NCBI GenBank assembly: GCA_973895155.1
Contig: OZ316895.1
Span: 10,404,184 to 10,468,183 of the forward strand
From: Marsupella aquatica
Lineage: Eukaryota > Plantae > Marchantiophyta
DNA: 64,000 nt
Direction: 5' to 3'
The notes under the pieces are model-generated. The model was not told the DNA's origin. It searched no databases and saw only the letters and a list, made by a program, of their open reading frames with translations. The position numbers and the translations under genes were made by a program. This document shows, piece by piece, positions 40,415 through 51,373 of the stretch (within the stretch, counting starts at the first letter, position 1; every line of letters begins with the position of its first letter).

Positions 40415-42460
40415 TTAATTACACCGACGACCGGCTCTCCCAGATTCTTGATGGAAGCTTTTAAGCGACCTGAAACTGCCCCGATGAATCACAAGCCTGA
40501 CCCATTTATAATTGTATCCAGAGCTGATCACTCCAGTTGCCAGCATGATTTTAGGAGCACCTGACGTCCAAGACCTCACTGAAACCCTCTTCACTGCTAT
40601 GTCTAGATGTGCATCCATATACACACGTTGCAGTCCTTTTTCTTGGAGGGTTCCTGCCATAGATTCCACCTCATTGCGGGTCATACAAAATACCAATGCC
40701 CTCTCTTCTGGCAAAGAATATGCTTCCCAATCTTGGAGAAGATGAAGTATTTCTCCATTCATCATGTTATGGCCAGCCGCAGCTGGGCCTCACAGTTGGA
40801 CAACGGATCCACCCCATCTCTGTTGCTAACATCAGCTCCACATGAACTTGATTATGTGGTGCTAGGGATGCAGTCAACCCTATGATTTGACAGGGGATTG
40901 AAGGATGGGAAGCAATTGTTTCATTGCTGGTCGGAAGTCAGATAATAGGAGGTGGACCTCGTCAAAGATGATGGAATGCAAGGCACCACTGCATTTCAAT
41001 TGCTTTGCTAAGATGATGAATTGTTCGGATTTAACTGCAATCTCCATAGCCACAAAAATGATCGAAGGTGGGTTCCCCACTTCAACTACAACATCTGGAT
41101 ACACAACACAAATAATATTTGCTTGTCTGCATTCCTCTAGGTGACCCTCTACTAGTATAGTGAGTGGAACAACCACAATCACTGTCCTATTTGGTCTAAT
41201 GGTGGAAGGTGCCATGAATACCAATGATTTCCCAGACCCAGTGGGCAGTATAGCAACAAAATCCACCACATTGTCCACAGATAAAGCAACGACTGTTGCT
41301 TGTTCCACAGATTTCCAATCCTTATTGCCAAGCCTCCTTAGGGGCATGGCAAGCTCCAGTTGTTTTATCAAGATTAACTTGTAGTAATAAATCACTTTCT
41401 TCACCTGTCGATTGTGTCTCATGGATGTTTGAGTGATAAACTGTAAACTGTCTCCTTGTTGGGAGCCGTCTCACCTCATATTCAACACCTCCAATAGGTC
41501 CCATAAAATCAAAAGGTGCCAGGAATTACATCCGGCCTTTCTGACCGAGTGAGACCAAGCAACTTGTGCCACAATTGTGACACCAGTACACATCCTCTTA
41601 GAAGATGTCCATCCATGCCTCTGGGATCCTTTGTACTGCAAGCATAGTGATGGCTTATTGTAGCTATCGCATGACCACCTGTTGCATCCACAAGGTCCTC
41701 TTGTAAGTAGGCCTTACATGCTTGTATGTTCTCACTCCAATGTGCTGCTATATGCCGGTACTTTGCAATCCCAAATGGAACACCACAATGCTTTTGGAAA
41801 GCATCTTTTACACTAGCTGAAAGATTCCTATGAGCCTCTTGTCCATGACCACAAACCAACAATCCAGGTACATCATTGCCACTTTGGGACCCCACAAAAT
41901 GTTTGCCACAAAAGGCTGTACAGGGCGAACCAGACAAAGCATTTTTAAGAATAGGTGGCTTTGAGTGTTGGGAATGAACCGGGCAGTGAGGTTTATAGGT
42001 TTCCCAGCATTAGCACATTTGTGATAGGATTGGTAAATCATCAGTGCATCAGATAACCAAATGAATGCTCTCTCCCCAGTAGGGGTGACTGTTGCCCCGA
42101 CTGTTGCAGATTAACAAGCTCGAGTATTCTTCCCCTCTTGCTAGTAGTCCTGCACAAAAATGTAAAAGCAAATTCAATTCAGTAGCTTTTGCATGGGCTT
42201 CTGTAGCTTGGAACATGTGGCCATCCACTTGTGAAGTGATGTCTGGTTCCAGATAATTTCATTCCTATCATCACCCCCCCCCTCTCTTCGTAATATGAAA
42301 TTTGTCATCGTCACATGTGGGATTACTAAACTTGTGGTTGAGTAGATCCCTCCCATATTGTTGAAATTCTGGATTACTTGTATCTGTGAGAAAGGAATAA
42401 TGCAATTTGTCTGTCTGGTTAGCATCATGTATAGAGCCCTTGGTGCTGACCATATGGTCT
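40415..42460 (-). mobile_element. Degenerate ORF: tyrosine-recombinase-like domain fused to a RecQ-type SF2 helicase (telomere-linked helicase-like)
   Basis: Helicase motifs across frameshifts: LPTGSGKS, VVVPLTIL, IIFDEVH, GLTASL, ALVFC, MLATGVISSGYN, VRLVIH, HQESGRAGR. Upstream: HYSFLTDTSN, LLLHFCAGLLARGEEYSSL, YHK, RFIP..LVRP, IAKYRHIA, GGHAIATISHHYA, SQLWHKLLG. Confidence 0.75.
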
Positions 42461-43019
42461 ATCCATTTTGTTTCAAGACCAAAGAGACAACATGATAATT
42501 ACGTAGAAGACTCATCACTCTCATCATTTTCAGAAGAATTGATGTCCACCACATTCTTTGAGGCTTCATTGTCTTTGGACTGTTCAAGCAACACCGTTGC
42601 CAACCTCATTCTTGTTATGAAAATCAAAATTAAGAATAGCATGGAGTCTATCTTGTTTCTTAATCCCCACCTATTTATGGGTGGAGTCGATGATTGTTGA
42701 AGCTTCCTTGTTCTCTGTGAGACCAAAGAAGACTTTGGTTGCAGTATCCAAAAACTCCTTTTGATTTTCAATTTCAACAATAAACAGACCACAATAATCT
42801 TTGACAACATATGTACTATCGGACCAGAGTGTCCAGTCCATCTAAAACTGTAGACCTACATAAAACCAACAGGAGTTTGCAAATTTCCAGCAAATTCAAG
42901 ATCTTGATTGGAGGGTTTATTAAAGCGGGCAAACCAATGAGGTTTGTAATGGAAGGGTCCTATGTATTTGAAAGCGGTCAAAATTTGGGGTCCTTGGGAC
43001 CCTTTTCTTTAGAGGAAAC

Positions 43020-43322
43020 CTTGGGTCCTCACTTCTTTTCTTTTGACCCATCATGCATGAAGAAGTTAGGTTTTTTTAATTCAATTGGGCAGAAGACTTG
43101 AAAAAAATTGATGAAGAAAATAGGGGTGTTTCAACCTAATTTTGAGAATTATGAGAACTATATGGGTATTTTAATATAGAATTTGAAAATATTCCTAGAA
43201 TATTCCATAAATTAGGGGTTATAATTAATAAAAATCTACTTAGTTTTTTAAATTTTTAGGGTGTTTATTACTTGAAAATTTTACGTGTGATATGGAATCT
43301 CCCTTGGAGTGAGCCCCCCAAT
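43020..43322 (-). mobile_element. ~300-bp MITE, copy 3 (most diverged)
   Basis: Colinear with the copy at 44690-44981; perfect 8-bp TSD GAGGAAAC (43012-43019 and 43323-43330). Confidence 0.8.
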
Positions 43323-43525
43323 GAGGAAACCCAGAACAAAACATTAAGCGTAAGAGTGAACATCCTGCAGAAAGAATTTTTTATCCACTCAATATCACCC
43401 AAGAGGAGCTCTCACTCAAGCCTTCAAAACTCAGAGTTCATTTTGTGGTCTGGACGGCCGATCCACTCTAAGCTCGGCTCTTTCCATGACCCGACCAGCT
43501 CCCAACGCTAGTCTAAGTCCTTTGT

Positions 43526-43872
43526 TGTTAAACATTTACTCTTAGTCTAGTGTTACAACTATAAGTGTAGTTAGGACTTACCTTAGTCGTGGACTAGATT
43601 GGGTTAACTAGGTTGCACACTATATCCCAAATGGTGTTTGCTTGGATAGCACAAACTCAAGCTCAATGTTTCGGAGCTAGATGAGAGATAGGGAGATCTT
43701 GTATTGGGGAGACTCGTATGGCCAACGGGCCTAGAGTGCAGTAAAGCTCTCGCGTGTTCTCATGGACGTAGCCTCAAGCTGAGGTGAACCACGTATATAT
43801 CTTTTTGTGTTGACAACTTGCGCGTTGGATGGTTCATGGGCTTGCCGTTGTGAATGTTGTCTATGCTCAACA
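43526..43872 (+). mobile_element. Solo LTR (Ty1/copia-like), 347 bp
   Basis: TGTT...AACA termini; 5-bp TSD TTTGT (43521-43525 and 43873-43877); contains GGACGTAG...GAACCACGTA, a motif common in plant copia LTRs; splits the inverted copy of the 33-kb repeat. Confidence 0.8.
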
Positions 43873-44689
43873 TTTGTCTGCGTCACCAGCTAAGTACCGC
43901 ATTGCCTTTGCTAGTGCATTACTTTCCACAAGTCTCCCCTTACTTAGTCCCCACCAGATAGCCATTTCAATTTGAGCCCAATTCCGGGGGCCTAGACCAG
44001 AGAGGAGCTTGATGTCAAAGACAGCAACGCTGGAGCTAAATGGTAGGGTAGTCAAGTTTTGTGACTACATTACTTTAACTCAAAGCAAATTACCAGTCAA
44101 TAGTGTCTCTTTTATTTGAATAGGTTAGTACAAGCCAGAAAGGAGGGAAATTTCTTCTTAATAGTGCCAGATGCTAATAATCCAAATATCAGTTGGACGG
44201 AGTTGATCCATTTAATCTGCAAGAGTAGCCCTAGATGCCCCCGCAGGCACTAGTTCTCAAAGATGGAATTGACCAAAGAAGATCCCAAATGAATTTGCTT
44301 GTACTTTGAGATTGCTTGCAACCTTTGATACTTCTTAAAAACTGATATTGCACTACAAAGGCCATGACATGTGGAGTAAATATGAAATAGCATTGGGCAC
44401 TACTATTTCAAGAATGTACATTGATTATCATATCTGAGCAGACATCCAAGAGAGATCGTGTGGAGATTGTTGAACAAATACTTTCACATCACTTTATTTG
44501 TATGGTACATCTCTTACACTTAATAACACTGTCCATCTTATGTTGTAGAGCAAGAATGTAGAGGAGCTGGAATGGTTCCGAATTGCACTGGTTTGGAGTC
44601 AATGCATGCAAGCATGAAAGCATGGCAAATGAAGAAGCGGGTTGGCCTCTACGAGGGATGTAAAATAGACCAACATGGGGCCATATGTC

Positions 44690-44981
44690 CTCGGGGGTTT
44701 CACTTTCACAAAAATGTCATATCACGTGCAACGAAATATAGGGTCATTTTATTGGTTCGAAGGGAAGACTTAAGAATTTTCTGAGAAGAACAATAGGGTC
44801 TTTTAAATTCAATTTTGGGACTTATAAGAACATTAGGGTCCTTATAACCAAAATTTTGTTCTCAGAATATTCCAACTTTATAGGGGTCAAAAAATTAATT
44901 TTTTTTCTTACATTTTAGGGGGTCCCAGGCCTAAAAATGTCGCAGGCAATGGGGAGACATCCATATAGTGAGACCCTCGAG
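44690..44981 (-). mobile_element. ~290-bp MITE, copy 4
   Basis: Reverse complement of copies 1 and 2; TIRs CTCGGGGGTTTCAC...GTGAGACCCTCGAG; perfect 8-bp TSD CATATGTC (44682-44689 and 44982-44989). Confidence 0.9.
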
Positions 44982-44989
44982 CATATGTC

Positions 44990-45700
44990 AGATTGTAGCT
45001 TATACGGCATACCCAAGGACATATATACCAAAGAGGATTAAATAGAGGAACTGGACCCACTATTTTTGAGTTGGCTTTGAGATGTGCGGACATGGTTGCG
45101 TCTCCACATCTATTGGAGGAAACAACAAATTAATCTCATTCTTTCCAACGCAACTGAATTTGATTTGGAAAGAACCGTTCCATTGAATGGAGATCTGAAA
45201 ACTCGATTGGTGAGAAAAACGGGAACAAAAAGAACATGCCATTGAGAATGTCTCAACACAAGACTCTCACAGGCATGATATTATTCCTTGTGACTTCACC
45301 AATTGAAATATGAGAGGTTTGAAGAGGAGAAACATGAATTCCACTTATTTCAAGAAAGATGTCTTCCATGCCTTCCATCGGTGGAAATGACATTTTTAAT
45401 TTGTTGCAAAGTGAAGATTTTGAAGAAGACATAGTCTTGGAGACAACCTTTCATCAAATAACAAGATTGTCTATGCCTGCAGTCACCCGTGTAGATAGGA
45501 TGTACCAAGTCTGAAGAATGTCATTCAATTTCCCCTATGGAAAGTTATATAGCTCCAAGGGCTTGGAATCTATGTCAAACCTCAAAACATGGTGCGGGGC
45601 CTGCTTGCAATGGAACCCTTGGATGGAGAGGAAGTCGAAATCAAGTCAAGAAGATCAAGTGGATATGATTAATGTTAGGGCCAAACCGGAGATGATGTAG
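44990..45700 (-). mobile_element. Highly degenerate LINE (L1-like) ORF2 3' remnant
   Basis: Broken translation ...RWKAWK...SCVETFSMACSFCSRFS...W loosely resembles the C-terminal zinc-knuckle region of L1 ORF2; many stops. Confidence 0.3.
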
Positions 45701-46174
45701 ATAAGTCACTTAGTTACACATTGTGTATCACCCAACTCATTGATGTGACAACTGAGATCAAGGTGAAGATTATTAGGATTTGACTCAAGTTCCTAATTTT
45801 AGTTAGCTTGGCCTTGTTAGGGTTACTTCACCCTTGACTACATGAAAAAAATATCCATTTAGATTAAGTCCACACATCTCATTATTCACATGTACTCTCA
45901 TATACTATGGATCATTTAGGAGTTCCTCAACTTGTGGTGTCTCATCCGTGTAACGTGTGATCGAGTGTCTTTATCATGGTCTGCATTAATTTGCTATCTA
46001 GTCTGAGCTGAAAATTTCTCACCCAGGTATTTTACTACAATTTTACAAATAACAAAAGTAAAATGAAGTGAATTAGCTAGAAGTAGGGAAGAGCAAAGTT
46101 CAACTAACCAATTACTGATGTTTCTTGCTAGAAAACTACTAGCAAATTTCAGATTGTCGGCATCTGGTGGATTT

Positions 46175-46770
46175 CTACCCTCTGTAATTTTCTAGATGGA
46201 AGCAACAACAATGCAAGGTTGTGATCAAGATCATCAAAGGGCCAGTTTTGTAGATTTGGTTCTCTACCATGCGTTGAGTGGTGACCTCAATATCAAAATT
46301 CTCCTGCATATTCTCACCCCATATGAAATCCTGAAGCTCACCCTCAGGAATCCAAGCATAATCCTTTTTTTGACCCAAACCACTCAATAACAGTGTATTC
46401 AAATTCTTTGGGAGGAGGTATCTGAGTTTTGTCACATCTGGAATAGTCACTATGGCTTTTGCATGAGGTAGGAGTTTTCAGTGGCATGGAATTTTGTCGT
46501 TGAACATTGGATCATCGTTGAATGTCAGGTCATGCACATGCTGTCGGATGCCATCCAATGCATCTGCTACATCCCCTTTTGGTGTCAGTAGTGAACTGCA
46601 ATTCAGGTATTGCTTCATACTTTGTGTATTTGTGGAAATTTGCTTCCATTCTTGAATGTGGCAATGCTTTGTTGCAAAAAAGCATCGGACATTGGCATAG
46701 GGTGGATTGGAAGCATTGCGTAAAGCTTCCAAGTATGGAAGTTCAGACACAGATGTCGTAGACATGACAC
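46175..46770 (-). mobile_element. Degenerate MULE/SWIM-type transposase N-terminal fragment (At1g60560-like)
   Basis: YAWIPEGELQDFIWGE...HCCCFHLENY resembles the recalled motif AxIPxxRVDDFIxGE...YWCSFGPENY of plant SWIM/MULE-derived proteins; in-frame stop at ~46478. Confidence 0.55.
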
Positions 46771-48598
46771 ACACGAGTACAATGTTCCCAAAAATTAGCA
46801 CGAGGTCACAGCACGCAACACACAGCAAAACATGAATCACAAACTCCTAAATCACAACATGCCATTCCTGATTGACACTAAGGAGTGCCAGGGAATGTGC
46901 AAGACGCCTTACATTCCCTCCATGAAATGGGTTTAGGACACTCTCCACAGTACATATGTTTCTCTTTGTCAAATCCAATCCTGCTCAAAAAGGGATTTAT
47001 GATTGACACAATACTCACAAAAATTGAATGCATACACAGCATGTGTTGTGTCGCTAAAGTATTAGGGGGTCTCAAAATTAGGGCCGGGTCATCCTGTCGC
47101 GGAATGACCCTCATGTCGGTAAGTGTGACCGCAGGCTCATTTCACAGACCTGAATTTTGTTGGGTTTTAACTTTTTGACACACCGGGATACTAGTGTTCC
47201 GCTCTCCTGTCAAAAAACCACACAGTGGCATGTGTGCCCATCGAAAAACCCCGCGGTGACAGTGTGCAGACCTGCCCTGGGGGCTGCCGCACACCTTCAC
47301 AGCCACGTCCGCCCGAACCTAACTCGGACTGCCGGGAAAGAAGCCACAACATATATTTGAGTCTCCCTATTCTAACACCCTCTGAGTACACAAAGGCCAT
47401 CCGGGCGACTACGTCCAAGGTAGCGACCCGAGACGGCTTGGCCGGTGAGGCGAAAGTCGGCCCGGGTCTGGTGGCAGGGACTTGGGGGACTCTAAAATAG
47501 GGACAGCCCGGTGGTGTTCTTTGGGACAGGCTCCCCTAGCGCAAAGGATCACGCTGGCCGAAAGGGTCACGAACTGCCCAAATTTACTGGCCAACCTGTA
47601 AAGCCCTGCGCCCTTACTGTAAAGCATCCAGATTGATGCATTAATGTGCATCCGTTTGCGCTGGATAAAAATTAAAATCAGTCCCTCCTTTTCAATGCTT
47701 CAAGTACTGAAGGGTGCGAAAACAATTATGCCCCAAGGACAAAAAACCGTGCCAAGAGTTCTTTCCCTCGTTTTGTCGAAACATCCATCATTACTCTGCA
47801 GATAATTAGTTAATTACATGCCCTGCCAATTATATCAAGGCTCACACATATTTGCTCCAAGTTCATGGGAGTGTAAATTTTTTGCTGAATTCCAATCTCG
47901 TATCACTTTCGAAGACGTCAAAGAATGCGGAGCATCTCCACCAGACCACCAGTAGTTCACGATTGTGGGAAGCTATGGGGATAGCTGCTCTGCACACGAT
48001 TGTCCCACAATCCTTGAATCCGCCCACCAAAGTGAATTCTCAACGTAGCTGTTGATTCTCTGTTTCACTCAACAACCCCACCGAGGCACCGAGTGACAAG
48101 TGAAATTGGCGAATTTTCACATCGATACTCGCGCAAAGATGCCTGCAGAATGTGGCACTTTCCACGTGGTGTGACAGACTTGTTTGCATGGCGGTTGTGC
48201 GAGACACCTGGTCAGTTCAAATGGTCGTCTTCTCATAGCTTGACAAGTCAGTGAGGTCGGAATGATACGGGAATTGTTGGGACTGTAGAACTGACGGTAT
48301 CTCCTGGACTACTACTGGTGCGTTCTCTACCAGTCCCCAGCAACCAGAAGCATGCAGCTCAGCAGAGCCGCTCGCTAGGTGAGAAAACCAGGTTGGCACG
48401 TACTGATGTGGGAGTGGGAAAAGGTCATGGAGGATGCCCGAGGAAGGAATGCGCCTTCACCGGGATTGAAGAGGACCTCTCCAATCCCGAATTGATCAAT
48501 GAGGAAGGAGGAATTTCAATAGAACTTTTGGATTGAGGTTTGGTGGGGCGGTGCTCCAGCATCGGCAGCGGCAGCAGCAGCAGCCGCAGCTTTGAAAC

Positions 48599-51373
48599 AT
48601 GGAGAAGGGAAGGAGGAAGGTGAAGCACAGAGTGCCACTGAAGGCCTTGGCCCGAGTGGCAAGTGTTGCTGCTGGAGTGCAATTCGGATGGGCACTGCAG
48701 CTTTCGTTGTTGACACCGTATGTGCAGGAGCTCGGAATCCCTCATCAGTATGCCAGTTTGATATGGCTCTGTGGCCCCATCTCTGGCATGTTTGTGCAGC
48801 CAATCATCGGCCACTACAGTGACGTCTGCACCAGCTCCTATGGAAGACGCCGACCGTTCATCGTTGTGGGAGCTTTCCTCGTTATTGTCTCTGTCTTGAC
48901 AATTGGGTACTCGGCCGATATTGGATACCTGATTGGGGACACTCTTGCGTCCAAGCCTCGGGCCATCATAATCTTCGTGTTTGGGTTCTGGCTTCTGGAT
49001 TTGGCGAATAACACTCTGCAAGGTCCCTGCCGTGCATTGCTGGCAGATTACGCAGGTAGAACTCTCATTCCTCCTCTAATATCCCTGGCCTTGGCTTGGA
49101 TACATAAGTCCTTCAAGTACTGTGAAGGAATGAGTTGATTAGGATGTTGAACCTTGTGATTTGTGCAGACTGACCATGATGTCTTATTCTATCTATATAG
49201 CTTATCACGTTCTGCGTAAGACAGGCTAGTTGGTACTGTAGGGAGTCTCAGGCAGATGCTGAGGAGATGGGAATGATTACTAGTTGTATGATATGTTGAA
49301 ACGACATGTTTTGTTGAATCTCAAAAGTACCCCATCGCTGATTGCCATTTGTCAAGCAAATTTCGATTGGTGTTGAGGTCTTTCCCCCCCCTGTAGAATG
49401 ATTCCTTGCGGAATGTTGTAACTGCTCCAACTACCCCTTACCATGGGTCATGAAATTCGAGAGCAGTCCGTTCATCTCCGTTCATCTGTCTGACAATTTT
49501 AGAGTCTATGGTTCAGGCAAAGATCAAGGACGAACGAGGCGAGCGAATGCATTCTTCTCCCTCTTCATGGCTGTGGGCAACATTTTGGGATTCGCTACGG
49601 GTGCTTACGACAATTGGGGAAAGATCCTTGGTTTCACATTAACCGAGGCTTGTGATAACCCTTGCGCAAACTTGAAGTCTGCCTTCATCTTGGGTATCTT
49701 TGTTCTGACCATTACCACCATTCTGAGTGTGACCGCCGCCCAAGAGATTCCTTGGAGCCCCGACACAAGCAAATCTCACGCACACGCCAACAATGCCGCT
49801 GCTGCCCCTTTGCTGGCTGACAAGCCTCTGAATGGGCAAAGTGCAGGCGAGGTTTCCAAGGCCGAGGATCCAGAAGATGATGATGAGGATGACGAGCAAG
49901 TCTCTGAGGCTCTCTTCTGGGAGCTAGTTGTCGCACTGAGAGACCTTCCTCGGACAATGTGGTACATCCTTTTGGTTACCGCTCTCACATGGCTGGCGTG
50001 GTTCCCTTTCCTTCTCTTCGATACAGATTGGATGGGCCGTGAAGTGTACCAAGGAGAGCTCACAGGAAACGACACGGATAGGCTCTCTCAATTGTACTAT
50101 GCTGGAGTTCACATGGGTTCACTGGGCCTCATGCTGAACTCTGTGGTATTAGGTATCACTTCTTTACTGATTGATGTCATGTGCCGGAAGCTTGGACCGA
50201 GCCGAGTTTGGGGTTTGAGTAATGCTATCTTGGCCGTGTGTTTCGCATGCACTGCCATTATTGCTATGGCTGCGAAAGGGGCATCTCGTCATGAAGGCTA
50301 TACAGGACCTTCTAATTTTGTCATTGCTGCGGCACTTGCTGTGTTCGCTGCTCTTGGAGTGCCTCTTGCGGTAAGCTCACCTGTATCTTCAATGAGAGGT
50401 TCTGATGAGTTTTCGCCATCAATGCAATGCGAGTTCCTGAGGAATGCTTCTCTTTTGCATTCAGTCTACAGTAATTTCAGTGAACAACTAATATACTAAA
50501 TCAGGTCCATTGATTCCATAAACACCAAAAGATACCTAAGGTAGATTGTGAGTTTATTCGCAGTGATCAAGGTACTCCACTGCATCAAAATGAATATTAG
50601 TGCTGTTTGCAGTCGGTTCTTTCACGACTAAACGAAGTTTCTCAATTCGTGAAATCTGTCCAATGTTGTTTGCCAACCTTTTGTCTGTGTCCCCGGTGGT
50701 AATGATGCAGGTCACTTACAGTGTTCCATATGCACTTACTGCGAGCTATGCAGAAAAGTCTGGAGGAGGACAAGGTACAGTTGCAAAATGTTTAGAGGAT
50801 TAATGTTAAGTTGTCACCTTAATACATTGGGTTTCATACATGTTTGAAGCCATTAGATTGTTACCCTTGTGCTTGCCCTCAGAGTTTACTTGGATTGAGG
50901 TGATAAGCGTAGGTTCAGAGGAAACTGCGCTCAGCTAACTCGGTCCGAAGCTTCTCTTTGGTCTATCATAGTTTCTGTTGGATCTTGATTAATTGGGTTA
51001 CGAGGTGCTGTGCTGTTCTTCCACACAATGATCGCGATCACGATCATGGGTAATTGAATGTGAGCACCAAAACAGCTATGATGACAGTTAGTTGAAAAAT
51101 CATTTCATTTGGTAACTGAAGCTGTTGCTTGGACTTGCAGGTCTTTCCATGGGCGTGTTGAATCTTGCTGTTGTTATTCCTCAGATGCTCGTATCAATAG
51201 GAAGCGGGCCTTTTGATGCATTATTTGGCGGAGGGAATTTGCCGTCTTTCATCTTGGGCGCCGTGTCAGCATTAATAGGAGGTATTGCTGCAGTTCTCAT
51301 CCTTCCACGGCCTCCACCTGGCTTCAAATCTAGTGGAGGTTTGAGGCGTACGAGGAGTTCTCCAATTGCGTGA
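48599..51373 (+). CDS. SUT4: Sucrose-proton symporter, SUT4/SUC4 (type III)-like, 4 exons
   Basis: Motifs [88 protein letters not shown] and GQG|[15 protein letters not shown]. Exons 48599-49055, 49517-50370, 50711-50774, 51141-51373. Confidence 0.95.

Noticed and set aside
43020-43322. The repeat upstream of the YR-helicase as that element's terminus
   Set aside because: It has its own TIRs and an 8-bp TSD (GAGGAAAC), so it is an independent MITE insertion.
48425-49021. 198-aa antisense ORF over SUT exon 1 (and similar antisense ORFs over LTN1)
   Set aside because: Shadow ORFs of real coding exons.
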